Shown piece by piece: positions 12,671 through 26,138 of a DNA stretch of 64,000 bases (positions are counted from its first letter, which is position 1; each line of letters opens with the position of its first letter). The notes under the pieces are model-generated. The model made no database searches. It saw only the letters and a program-made list of their open reading frames with translations, and was not told where the DNA came from. A program made the translations under genes and the position numbers. This DNA is from Octopus sinensis (lineage: Eukaryota): the NCBI RefSeq assembly GCF_006345805.1, contig NC_043010.1:53878001-53942000 (forward strand). The letters run 5' to 3'.

Positions 12671-13479
12671 GGCCGTGAGCATATCCGTCAAATGTAAATA
12701 ATGCAGATAATTCCTGATCTCTTAAATATGAAACTGTATAATCCTGTGATGTAGCGGCGTCCCGTCCAGGTGAGGAATATATACATACCATGAAACTGGG
12801 AAACTGGCCCTCATGTGTCGGCATGTCTCGGAAAAGTAAAGTACTTTTGGATTACAGGCACAAATTATGCGACAGGTATTTGCATGTTTCGGCTACACGG
12901 TTCTACACATGAGACATTTATTGGGGATGATCGTGGCTGCGAGAAAAGACATTTGTCAAAGGAGCCACAAAATGAATCCGATCTCGTATGTGCTCATTGA
13001 CAAACGTGTATTCTTGACCTTGGTGATGTTAGTACCATTTGCTTGAAAATCAGTATGGTTCAGATTTGAGACAAGTCACCTTCTATTTTAAATAGGCAGT
13101 ATGGTTTGAGCAGTAACTATGTTGCTATCACTGTCACGTTTTCACTTGAATCTCGTGTGAGTTAATATATTGTTCTCTCAATTTAATATGAAACATATCA
13201 GACATTCATATAAACGCATACTTAAATATGATAACAGGTTTTATTTATTTCGATATTTTAAGAAAACGAAAAAACATACAAATGAAAACAAATAACCACC
13301 ATTCTAGAAACATTTACTCCGATGTGTCTATTTTGTTAAGTGTCGTTACTATGATTACAATTTCAAACTTGTCATTATATTCTTGGAAATTGATATTGTA
13401 GACATAAAAATAATTCATAGCATTTTAAATACTTGTAATGAATTGCTCGACTACACAATTAGTTTTTATGTGTTATTAC

Positions 13480-15210
13480 TACTGCTAACATTCACGTAAT
13501 TATTTTTGTTATTACTACTACTTATAATAATAATAATAATAATAGTAAAAGTAATAATAATGATAATCCATTCTTTCATTAACCACTTGAGCTTACATAA
13601 GACAACATAAATTGACGTGATACAATATAATAGATAACACAAGGCGAGATAAAGTGTTTTCATAGTGTAACAATAAAAAAAATTAAATAACGTAAACTCA
13701 CAAAAGGGAGGCACTTTGTAGGGCCTTGTGGAAAAAAAACCCCACAAAAGCCACGGGTGCCTGATCAACAGGGCAAGAGCCCTTCTACTTTAATTTTTTC
13801 ACAGGTGTATACTCAGATTTGGTCCTTACACACTGGCCATTCTTCCAATTGTCATCCACCTTTCAAAAACTTTGCTAGAAGGCAACACTTCCCTCTCCAA
13901 CCTCAACTTCCATTTTCAAGTGAAACTTGAGAAAGTTGATGAGGGTTTGGTAGCCCTTTCAGATGAGCCCACCATACTACCTCTTTCGCAACAGCCACCA
14001 GACAAGGAAAAACTGTCTACCCCTCTTGGCCAAAGGTGGGCGGCGGGGCAATCTTCATTGTGGATTAAGCTGATAATCGGACCTGTCCTACACGCGACAA
14101 CAGGTGTTCGACATAAATCCACAGGTCAGCATTACTCTGGCTCTGAAGGAGGGCGTGCAGAACGGTTTCGTCGTTCTGAGCGCACCTCGCATAGGCTCGG
14201 CTGACGGCACTTCCGTGCCTGTGAAGTTTGTACCAAACAGGCAGCGCCCTCGGTAGCATTGCCAGGTAAGGAATTTCTGGAAGTTATCCATAGGCCCAGG
14301 TCCGAAAGTTCTCCGAAACAGACCGATCCTTGTCGACGTTTAGAGTTTCTCCAAGGACATCGTCGCACTTCCCTTCCACAAGCCCTCTTTAGCTTACTAG
14401 AGTGAAACTACCGGCCGCATTGCTCGCCTGGTGGAGCGCTATGAGTGTTTGACGGTACTCGGGTTGGCAAGCGCCCCTACGCCTAATCAAGGATTGCAGC
14501 TTAGTTAAAGATACGAGTTGTGGAAAAGTGAGTCTGAGAAACGATGACCACACATGCTCACCGTCAAGGAAACCACGGCAGACCATCCAAACTCGGCTAT
14601 CTACCTCTCGTGCTCTTCATCGTTTCCTGTACTTCCGGAGCTGTTATTGCCCTTTCGCAGCATCCCGCCTCACTCGCCGAGAGTCATGGCAGGCTGTCTA
14701 GATAGACACCGATGTCTGCCCTGTTATCCGTCCTACCATTCGTCCCGAACAGTCGAGCAAATTGCTGCTGAATGGCAGCCCACATCTGTTTCGGTTCGAA
14801 CACCTCGCGCCCGTTGTGGTCCAACAAACAGCGAATAGTGGCTTTGTTGCCACGTTTGTCTCCACTACTCCGGCCTATCGGGACGTTTTCGTTCCCTCCC
14901 CGCTTAGTGAACGTGCCATAGCTCTGACAGAGCAGATTTCGTGTTTGGCGTCGGAAAGTTATTCGAGGGCCAACCTCGCTGACAACACGTCAGTTGCGAT
15001 GCCTCTCGTTACCGCCCCATCAAACTTTCTTACTAAATCTACCTCTATTCTATTCTATAGGCAGCCACCAGTCAGAAGATACCGCCGTCACTGTTGTTCA
15101 TCAACTTACCTCTGGATCCTGGAAGATTGCCCTTATTTTCAAACTTCAGCCTTTCCGAAAAAGCACCACAAGTACCACCTGGCTCTCGTGGCTTCTGATC
15201 TTAACTGATC
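13480..15210 (-). mobile_element. L1/Tx1-clade LINE ORF2 relic, 5'-truncated, RT domain deleted
   Basis: Minus-strand peptides: IRCLLDHNGREVFEP..AITAPEVQETMKSTRGR*PSLDGLP (pre-RT linker); zf-RVT-like LTWQCYRGALPVWYKLHRHG..RCAQNDETVLHALLQS..ADLW; C-terminal LVAVAKEVVWW..LINFLKFHL..LEREVLPSSKVFERW; (ATT)n-like tail at about 13480-13565. Confidence 0.8.
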
Positions 15211-15254
15211 GGAAATGTCACCATGTATATTGTTTGGCCTTGTTATAGAAGATG

Positions 15255-15530
15255 GGCTACAGCAAATATTCTGCTCAATATCTCAGGTTTGCTTGTCAGT
15301 TGCTTCATAACCATAACCAGTTGAGCATTTCCCTTAGTGGCTAACGATATGTGCATCTCTGATCACGTGCAAAATAGTGGGAGCATTATAGTCATGTGTT
15401 GAGAGGAATTCTTCAGGGTCAGGATAATTCACATCTGGAAACATGGGTGTTTCGTTCAACATCCTTAAACAATCTGTATTCAGGGACCTTTAGAGCGGGA
15501 TAGGCTACTGAACCTGAAGAAAAATACAGA
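15255..15530 (+). mobile_element. internal fragment of SINE family C
   Basis: Shares CAGGGACCTTT..GGCTACT..CCTGAAGAAAA with the minus-strand copy at 12.5 kb. Confidence 0.6.
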
Positions 15531-15779
15531 GACAGTGATGTAAAAATGCGTGTGAGATGATGGGCAGGCGAAATTTCATATCTGTCATACATTTTACTTT
15601 GACAGAGTGTTCAAAAACTAGACAGCTCATCATTTTCTTCGACCGTTATGGTGGCGTCATTGGTTGATATTACCGGTCATTGCTATTGTGAATTTATTGT
15701 TGCATATGTTTGATAACTTTGCATTGTTAGGATACCATGTGGGCGGAAAGATACTGAATATCATTACGTTCAGTACTGC

Positions 15780-15994
15780 TTTTGACGTTGGCGATGAGAA
15801 TTACGATGATAATGGTAACGGCGGGACCGACGACGATAATTATGATTATGAGGATGAAGATGATGATGATTATATGATTGACGTGATAACGATATAGGTG
15901 ATGAGAAATTATGATCATGAAGACGATTACATTGACGACGACATCGACAATGATGATAATGATTAAGCTGATGAATATCATGATGATGATGATA

Positions 15995-16036
<42 letters not shown>

Positions 16037-16900
16037 AGAAAGTTATAGATATTCATTGTGGCAATGAAGATGTTCTCAATGATATTAAGGTTAACGATGA
16101 CGATGATGATGAATTTTGACGAAGCTTTTGATGACGGTGACGGTGATGATGATCATGGTGAGGAAGGAGAGGAGCAGGAGGAGCCGTTACAGGCCAATGA
16201 TGGGGATGAGGAAGAGAATGATGATGAGGAGAACGAGGAGCTGGAGACGTTAGAGGACACTGATGATGATGATGATGTGGATGATGATGATGAGAATGAT
16301 GATGAAGAGCAGGAGGAGACGTTAGAGGACAATAATGATGAGGACGTGGACGAGCAGGAGGAGACGTTAGAGGACAATGATGATGTTGGGGATGAGGATG
16401 ATTAGGATGATGATGATGATGAAGTGGATGAGGATGAGGAGGAGGATGAGAATAATGATGAAGAGGAGGAGCAGGAGAAGACGCTAGAGGACAATGATGA
16501 TGTTGGGGATGAGGATGATGGGGATGAGGATGATGGGGATGATGGGGATGAGGATGATTGGGATGTGGATGAGAATGATGATGAGGAGGAGGAGCAGGAG
16601 GAGACGTTAGAGGACAATGATGATGTTGGGGATGAGGGTGATGAGGATGAGGATGATGTGGATGAGGATGCGGATGAGAATGATGAGGAGGAGGAGGAGC
16701 AGGAGGAGACGTTAGAGGACAATGATGATGTTGGGGATGAGGATGATAAGGATGGGGAGGATGTGGACGACGACGATGCGGATGAGGAGGTTGAGGAAGG
16801 TCATCATCATCATCACCATCATCATCGTCATGGCGATAACTGCGACCGACGACGACGAAGACGTTCATGATAGCGATCAGGATAATGACGTCAATAACAA
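15780..16900. repeat. (GAT/GAG)n low-complexity tract with about 7 repeated modules
   Basis: Module GAGCAGGAGGAGACGTTAGAGGACAATGATGATGTTGGGGATGAG recurs from 16160 to 16740. Confidence 0.9.
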
Positions 16901-17923
16901 TGACGTGCACGATGTCACTAAGGGTGCGTCCTGGGGTTTCGTATTATTGCTCATCAGATAAACATTAACAACTTGAGTAGGTGCCATCGTATTCCAAGGA
17001 GAAGGACAATGTTAAAAAACAACAACAACAACAAAAAAAAAAACAACTACGAAACCATAACGATAACTCACTTACCTGGACCTGCATTCTCTGAAACTAA
17101 TTAAGACACTTTGTGTTCCTATTTAGCCGACTGTGTGGATCAAAAAGACCAATATAGCATGTCATGGTCGTACACATTTATCTGTCTCCACCATTCATTG
17201 ATTATCTCTCATTAAGTCTAAAGCATTGTGTCTGACTTCTTTCATGTCTACTTAACTTCCATTCACTTCCATCTTCTGCATTATATGTTGCTCCATTTCA
17301 TTCAATGTTGCTCGCATTCTCCCTCATTCTCTCTCCCTCGTTGTCTGTCTCTCTCTTTCTCTCTCCCTCTGATATGATATAAATCTATGCACACATATGC
17401 GGATACACATCCTTTCTATTTGTTGATACGACTATATACATATGCATATATATATATATATTATATATATAATATATATATATATAATATATATATATAT
17501 ATAATATATATACGTATATATACATACATATATATATATATACACATATATATGCATATATATATACACACATATACATATATATATATACATGCAAATA
17601 TATAAATATGTAAACATACACACACACATACATATGTACATTATCAATCTCTCTATCGATCAATATATATATATATATATGTATATTCCACTATATGTGT
17701 ATGTGTCTATGTTAATGTATGTATGTGTGTATGTTTGTGTGTGTGTGTGTCTGTTTGCGGTTGCTTACATAAATACATACGCAATGAATTTCTGTTGAGA
17801 TAAAATCATCCACAGTTATTGTAACAAGACTCGAATGATGTCAAAACAAGCGTCAGCCTCTACAGAAGATATACACACATATCTACTTTGTATATACATG
17901 TACACCTATACATACATACATAC

Positions 17924-17967
<44 letters not shown>

Positions 17968-17971
17968 ATAT

Positions 17972-18007
<36 letters not shown>

Positions 18008-18337
18008 ATATATATATATATATGGGGAGGATTGCGTATTTATGTGCCATTGTGTGCTTGTGTGTGCATGTGGGTGTAGTTGTGCGCGTATGGAGGATGC
18101 ATGTGTCTGTCTACGAAACTACGAAACTACTAAATTACGAACGCCCACAAAGGCCTATATATTATCATTCACTTACTCGTTGTGTAACGCTCATTTTGAG
18201 AAATAACAACTAAATCTCAGTTAAACACACTTTACTGCGTAGCAAGAAATTAAATACTAAGGCACTCTTAGGTTAAGATGTGGTTGTTGTAACCAGATAT
18301 ATTTTGCCATCAATTTCTCTCTCTATATATATGTCGT

Positions 18338-18528
18338 GAGCTTGCTTAAACGATAGCACGCCGGGCGGAATGCTTAGCGGTGTTTCGTCTGTCTTTACGT
18401 TTTGAGTTCAAATTCCACCGTGGTCGACTTTACCTTTCATTCTTTCGGGTCGATATATATTAAGTACCAGATCTAATCGACTGGCCCCCTCCCCCAACAT
18501 ATTGAGCTTGTGACTACAGTAGAAAAGA
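18338..18528 (+). mobile_element. SINE family B, diverged
   Basis: Core GAGTTCAAATTCC(A/G)CCG(A/T)GGTCGACTTT(A/G)CCTTTCAT.CTTTCGGG.TCGAT..AAGTACCAG. Confidence 0.8.
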
Positions 18529-18730
18529 ATTTCTCTCCTCTAGCTCCCTGTCGGTCCCTCCCTGCCTATCTGACTGTCTCTCTGTTTCAAATTGTAACTG
18601 GGAAAATAGAAATAACAATCACGTGAAAAGAAACAGATCCAAATGGAAAAGAAGGTTGACGATTATGGCAACAATACGCTTTTGTGAAGTCAAATTCTAG
18701 TTTCTTTCCCGTCGAAACATACACGCACAA

Positions 18731-18765
<35 letters not shown>

Positions 18766-18769
18766 ATAT

Positions 18770-18828
<59 letters not shown>

Positions 18829-19410
18829 TTACATAGAAAGATAGATAGATTGATAGATATTTCTGCTTCGTTCTCTTTTCAGTTCTTCTGCCTACCCTTC
18901 TCTATCTTTCTCTCTTCCTCACTCTCTTTCTCTCTCACAAACATACGCGCACGCTCTGTCTGTCTCTTTTCTTTTCTTTCTCTGGCATAGCTGAATTGAG
19001 GAAAATAGAGAATGAGAGCACGCTCCAATAAAGGAGCATTTACATATAGGTAATAGGTAGATTGATAAATATTGAGGGAAAGATTGCGGGGACGAAGATA
19101 GAATGAATGATAGAAGAGAAATATGACATCGCTTGCTCCAAGTCCTATTCTCTCTTCTCATTCTTTCTTCAGCCATTTTTAGAGTTTCTACCTTACTTTC
19201 GCTCTCCCTTTGTCCCTATGCCAAACCTCCCTATTTCTTCCTCTTCTTCGTAGACTCTAATGAGGCAGAGAATAGAAGAATCATATGTGATAAAAGGGAA
19301 CATTACTATAATTATAATGGCACTCTTTTAAAAAGTGAATTTACAGGCACAGTTGCTAATGTCTATTCTTTCTTTCTGTATGTTGAAGTGTTATAAGGCC
19401 ATTTGAATCT

Positions 19411-19815
19411 CTCTTTTACTCTCTTTTACCTGTTTCAGTCATTTGACTGCGGCCATGCTGGAGCACCACCTTTAATCGAGCAACTCGACACCGGGACTTA
19501 TTCTTTGTAAGCCCAGTACTTATTCTATCGGTCTCTTTTTGCCGAACCGCTAAGTAACGGGGACATAAACACACCAGCATCGGTTGTCAAGCAATGCTAG
19601 GGACACACACACAGACACACAAACACACACACATACATATATATATATACATATATACGACGGGCTTCTTTCAGTTTCCGTCTACCAAAACCACTCGCAA
19701 GGCTTTGGTCAGCCCGAGGCTATAGTAGAAGACACTTGCCCAAGGTGCCACGCAGTGGAGCTGAACCCGGAACCATGTGGTTGGTAAACAAGCTACTTAC
19801 CACACAGCCACTCCT
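19411..19815 (-). mobile_element. SINE family A, near full length
   Basis: Matches the other family A copies. Confidence 0.9.
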
Positions 19816-20135
19816 GGATAGCCAAAACATAAGACTAAATAAAGATACGTCTCGATACAAAATAAACGCTTTTAAGAAATTTATTTGCGGATATTATTGT
19901 AGTTGGTTAGCAGAATGCATTTGATATAAACAAAATCATCTCTCTCTTACGCTTTAATTAATTCACTGTCAGTTATTTTCTATTGCCTCAAATCATTCAG
20001 TTCATAGATTAATAATGGGCTTTATGAATTAATTATTGAACTGCTAGAAGCAATTAAACATATGCCTTTACAGTTGTTAAAATTAATAACCCTAGATAGT
20101 TTAGTATATTAGATGCTGTTAGCTGCATATATATT

Positions 20136-20179
<44 letters not shown>

Positions 20180-20389
20180 TGTATGTGTATGTGTGTGTGA
20201 ATGCGTGTCTATATGTGTCTATGTATATATGTATCTCTCTCTCTCTCTCTCTCTCTCTCTATTTATATATATAATATCAGGGTAATAAAGATTTTAGAAA
20301 GTTTTTCTACCTGTGGCCTAGCGTGTAGAAAAATTAGCCAATAGACTATATATTATTCATATAAATACAGTTTACATTTAAACACATAA

Positions 20390-21010
20390 GAGGTCGTACT
20401 GTGGCAAACGTGTGGCCACGGTGCGATTAGGCAAATTACCCCCAGAGGAACATTATGGCTGTCATCAGCCATGAAAACCACAAGGACAAATAGAATCAAC
20501 TACTGGGGATACGGGATCGAGCTCACTATCCAGTCAACAATAGAAGACTTAAATCGGATTGCTGAGGAGATAATGCTGCCCGACGATTTGAGATTGAGAG
20601 TGGTAGTGGAGGGCAGGCCGCCTGTATTTACATGTGGGGAGAAAGGCCACATAAAGGCGGGGTGCCCACAGAGAGAACAGATGAATAAACAGGAGAGTAT
20701 GGAATAGGGGCACAGGGGGTGATGGAAGAAAAAACAACGGAGAAGGGAATCACGATGGTAGAAACAAATAAAGGATAAGTGGAAGTGTGAGTCCGCCACC
20801 AGATAAGTGGGAAAAGAAGGAAAAAGAGATGAAAATGAAAGGTGCGACCAGATGGAATGAAGACAAAATAGTGGTGGAGAAAGAAAGTGAAAAAATAATT
20901 GGAAAAGTGTACGAGAATAAGTTACAGAAGAGTCATGGCGGAGGGTCGGGCACCTCGATATCTTGAATGTGGCCAAAAGTGTCACATAAAGTCAGAATGC
21001 CCTCCATCTG
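20390..21010 (+). mobile_element. LINE ORF1 (gag-like) relic with two degenerate CCHC knuckles
   Basis: YCGKRVATVRLGKLPPE..LRVVVEGRPPV-FTCGEKGHIKAGCP (ends about 20670) and RVMAEGRAPRYLECGQKCHIKSECP (20930-21003); frameshifts and stops. Confidence 0.7.
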
Positions 21011-21339
21011 CCGAATGCGAACCAGCGAAAGAAGTCGCACTTCCACTTCTTGCGACGTCGTGTGTGAGCGAGAAGGAGCCGGAGAAGGAGGAAGAAAACT
21101 AGAAGCCTGAAGAGAAAGAAGGATGAAATTTAGCACCGAAAAATCGGAAAGAAAAGAAATCAAGTCAAAAATGTGAACACCGACCCTACTCCCACCCATC
21201 TCTCATCCTGCCCTACGCCGTCCCACTCTCCCCCTGCAGTCACCAACCCTCATCCCGGCCCTCCCGACACAGACACAATAGCCAACACACAGGAGCCCGT
21301 TTCCCCATCACCTCTCCCAAAGGAAAAAATCAGATCAGA

Positions 21340-21498
21340 GAGTGGCTGTGTGGTAAGTAGCTTGTTTACCAACCACATGGTTCCGGGTTCAGTCCCGCTG
21401 CGTGGCACCTTGGGCAAATGTCTTCTACTATAGCCTCGGGCCGACCAAAGCCTTGTGAGTGGATTTGGTAGACGGAAACTGAAGAAGCCCGTCGTATA

Positions 21499-21583
<85 letters not shown>

Positions 21584-21616
21584 TATATGCGTGTGTGTGT
21601 GTTGTGTGTCTGTGTT
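21340..21616 (+). mobile_element. SINE family A, 5' half
   Basis: Head and first body module, ending in the (TA)n/(TG)n tract. Confidence 0.88.
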
Positions 21617-21894
21617 AGGTAATAAAGAATAAATAAGTAGTGGAAGAGTCGTTGTACGAGTCCTCAATTGGGGTCAGTGTCAGTTACGTGATATTTACGA
21701 GTTCGCGTTACCGTCAAGGTAGACGTTTAAAAGTCATTATCATGCGGAGTTATCAGCGATAGCACGATAGACGATAGTCAAAGGTAATCAGACGTGGAAT
21801 ACCGCCACAACATAATAGTAGTAACAAGAATATTACAGTGTCGACAATAACATACAAGTGGACGAGGATCTACATTATAATATATATATATATA

Positions 21895-22163
21895 TATAAA
21901 TTTATATAAATAAGGATAAGATCGTTAATTTAAAAATAAAATAACGATTTTATCAAGTGGTCAGCATAGATAAAAATAACCTTAAAAGGCAATAATTATT
22001 AAAATTATAAATTAGGGTATCTACAAGATACTACCATGCTGAAAATAGCAGCCATGATTTGACGCCGTGTCGATATACGGACAATTAAGGTGGTTTTAGA
22101 GTCAGATCATGGCTGCTATTTTCAGCAAGGTGATATCTCGTAGATACCCTAATTTATAATTTT
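21895..22163 (-). mobile_element. Penelope-like terminal fragment with 63-bp inverted repeat
   Basis: 22001-22063 and 22101-22163 are near-perfect inverted copies between (TA)n tracts. A partial hammerhead-like GACAC-GGC-GTC lies on the minus strand at 22061-22071. Confidence 0.6.
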
Positions 22164-22359
22164 ATATATATATATATATATATACATTCAAGGAGGTTTG
22201 TTTTCCTTACATTGTGTGGTGAAGCCATCAACAACCATTGAAACTTCGAAGACGCTTTATCGCTTCACATGGTAAAACTATAACGTCATATTCTACTTCA
22301 ATTTACTGAGTGATCTTTCAATTAACATTAGGATGTTCCAGAAGCACAACATCCATACG

Positions 22360-22429
<70 letters not shown>

Positions 22430-23607
22430 CCCATATACTCACACATACAAATACACAAGCACATATATGTTAGTGTGTGTATTTGTACAGATACGTGCCT
22501 TTGTGTATAATAAGTAAATTCTGCTGTAGTGAAGAAAAGTAGGCACTGAAGAACGCAAATTGCGCAATACACTACGTACGCTGCATCAAATGGTTTTTAT
22601 GTCGATAAACTGACATTTACAGCAAGATCCCGTGGTTTCCTTAATTCCCATCAAGCTGACGAGTTTTAGAGTGAATCAATGATGAAATGTAAATGAAATC
22701 CTGTAAAATGCTAACCAAAATTCGGTCAAATAAAATAACACTAACGTGCATATACAACGCTTCTGCATTATCTTTGATGGATTTACAACCGTAAATGATG
22801 TTGAAGGTGAAAATCTATTGTTAAAGAAGTGAATTAAGAGCCTGAAATACTTTTATGCATAAAATAAATAAAAAAAAATAATAATTTTCAAATTTACTAA
22901 TTGATTCGGGCGTGCATACAAAGTTGGAGGAACAATTTTTTTGTAGTGGCATAGGAAAAGGGTTGATTAATAAAAGTGATGGAGGGTTAATTTTCTCTGA
23001 ATGAACGTGTGTTCTTGTATATGTGTGTGAATGAGTTTGTACGCGTATAATTTTGAGTGTGTGTATATGTGTGTATGCGTATGTGTGTACCTGCACTCAC
23101 TTGTGGTGTAGGAGTGTATTTGTAAAAATCTACGTGTGATTTCATCAGTTCTAAACACATGTACATCTTAACATAGGCACCCATACTCGTCATTACCCAA
23201 GGTCCGTATATACATTCTTTCATATTATCATCATCATCGTCATCACGAATGTTTTGTTACGCTTTATATACCTTATCTGCCTGAACAATATGTGATACCG
23301 TCTATCATATTTTCAACTTATATTTTCATATAAACATACATAACAGTATTCATTCATACATACATGCAGATACACATACATACAGATGCACAGACAAACA
23401 GACAGACAGTTCAATCGACACACCAACTCAATCACATATCTAAAACCTCAGGAACTCTCTTTAACTCAAATTGTCTTATCGCTTTGTTAGCGACCGGTTT
23501 GAACTCTCTCAAGGAAAACTTGAATACAACTCAAAGAAAAATCATACATACATACATACATACACACACATACACATATGCACATATATATGTATACATG
23601 TATGTGT

Positions 23608-23860
23608 GTGGAGGCGCGTGGCTTGGTGGTTAGGGTGTCAGCATCATGATCGTAAGATTGTGGTTTCGATTCCTGTACCGGGCGACGCGTTGTGTTCTTG
23701 AGAACATTTCAGTTTGCTCCAGTCCACTCAGCTGGCAAAAGTGAGTAACGCTGCAATGGACTGGCGTCCCGTCCAGCTGGGGAACACATACGTCATAGAA
23801 ACCGGGAAACCGGGCCCATGAGCCTGGCTAGGCTTTAAAAGGATGCATTTATTTATTATT
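23608..23860 (+). mobile_element. tRNA-derived SINE sharing its 3' tail with family D
   Basis: Head GTGGAGGCGCGTGGCTTGGTGGTTAGGG..GGTTTCGATTCC; tail CCCGTCCAG.TGGGGAAC..GAAACCGGGAAACCGG.CCC. Confidence 0.85.
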
Positions 23861-23937
23861 TATATGTATATTATATATATATATATATATAGTATATATA
23901 TATATATATATATTATAATTATGTATATAGATAGGCA

Positions 23938-23988
<51 letters not shown>

Positions 23989-24918
23989 ATATATATATTA
24001 TATATTTTACATATATAGACATTCAACATATTGTAATCTATTTATATTCATAGATTCTTTAGATTCATTCGATTCCTGAGACTTTATCTCTCGATTAGAA
24101 ATTCTCAAGAATTCCTCATATTCTACCACGTTAACAATTCTCCCTCTTTCTCTCTGCCTTTATCTCCTACTAACTCCGTTTCCAATACTAAATGATATTT
24201 AACTCATTGTTGGCCATCAATTATCTGTTCCTATATTTCTAGTAAATTTTCGGAATGTATTACGTTAGCTTCATTGTTCGTGTCAATATGATTAAGTCAT
24301 TAATACTCCCAGGATTATCCCCGTTTATCACCATGTCAGCTGCTTCCAACCGTTTTTCTATTCTCTGTATGAATGAACAAATTCTCAAAATGTGGGTGGA
24401 ATATCATATTCAGTATTGAACAATTCTTTGATGTCAGCTTAATCTAAGCCACTGTCACTTGCAGTTCAGAGCTTGTCAGAGAGGTTGATACGATCGGTTT
24501 TCCTTTGGAGACACACAAGTCATTAAAATCTTTATTCCTTATCACTGGACTGCATTACATTAAATAATACATAACAGTCTTAAAGCATTAAGATCGTAGA
24601 AGATAGCCTTATCATTAAAGATTTTTAAGACCAGGCTGAGACTTCTTTGAATCTTTGATGAAAGAATCGAATATTCGGTTTAAAGATTTTTTCATTAGAA
24701 TTCACTTGGATTTACGAGTAGCATAGTAACTCTGTGTGTGTGTGTGTGTGTATGTGTGTGTAGTGTCACATATAATTTATTTTGTTATAATATAGGTATA
24801 AATGTATGTGGACATTTGTAGGGCATTTTGAGTGCATATACGTGTGTGAGTATATATATACCATGTATACATACATACATACATATATATATAATATATA
24901 TACATATATATAATGCAT

Positions 24919-24963
<45 letters not shown>

Positions 24964-25145
24964 ATAAAGGATCATGGGTAAGTCCAAAATGAGGCGAAGT
25001 AAATGCAAGGTACATCGCAAGAAAACAAATATGTGAATTAATGTAGAATTACCTTGTATTCAATATTTCGGGGTTATGAGCCCATTTTCAGGAAATAGGT
25101 GAACGTTGACGATGTTCATGTGTGTGAGCGTACGTCATACACACA

Positions 25146-25206
<61 letters not shown>

Positions 25207-25498
25207 GTTATAAGGATTCAGATAGAATCAGGTAGTTGAAAAGATATGCATCAGGTAGGGATGAACAAACCTGTGGTTCCGGCCTATATATGGTAAGTAT
25301 CAAATAGGATATCCCGATATTGTACACAGAGAAAACCAACCAATTGAGTACCGAGCACTTTGGGGATGGTCCAAATCACGCGTTACTTTGAATAGTACGT
25401 TGATGGTATACTCTAGGGTGTCCGACAAGTCGTAATTGCCTCTGGCTTATTATAATCAAATCAATAATAACCTATGATTGATAGTTGCCAGCTCATTA

Positions 25499-25764
25499 CA
25501 GCTGTTTCTTATGTATCATATTTAATAGAAGAATGAGAACATTACTCCATTACGAAAACTGTGATCATCAGATGAAAAATATTTTTACAAACAAATGCAT
25601 ATCCCAAGAATGCAGCAAGGATGTAGTTGGTTTCCACGTATTTCAGCCACATTCAGGCTGTACACTTTAGATGTTCTCTTTGTAAAATTACTTTCCATCT
25701 GATGATTTACGGTCTTTTGTAATGGAGTAATGCTCTTATTTTTGTATTAAAAATAAAACAGCTG
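25499..25764. mobile_element. MITE/fold-back element with TA target duplication (Tc1/mariner-type)
   Basis: TA|CAGCTGTTT...AAACAGCTG|TA, with imperfect inverted arms of about 100 bp (CATTACTCCATTAC..ATCATCAGATG vs CATCTGATGAT..GTAATGGAGTAATG). Confidence 0.75.
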
Positions 25765-25795
25765 TATGTCATTGTTCATTTGAGCATATATATAC

Positions 25796-25851
<56 letters not shown>

Positions 25852-25908
25852 ATATATATATATGAATATATGTTATATATTGTATGTATGTAGGTATATA
25901 TATATATG

Positions 25909-25939
<31 letters not shown>

Positions 25940-26080
25940 ATACACACACACACACATACATATAATATATATATATAATATATATGTATGTATTTATATA
26001 ATATATATTAATATATGTATATATGTAGTGTATGTAGGTATATATATATATGTATACATATATATATATATATTATATAT

Positions 26081-26112
<32 letters not shown>

Positions 26113-26138
26113 AGAAGGTTGAAAAAGAGCACACGAGT

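Noticed and set aside
24350-24720. Possible degenerate retroelement coding sequence on minus
   Set aside because: Only a KPIVS-like word is recognisable; insufficient.
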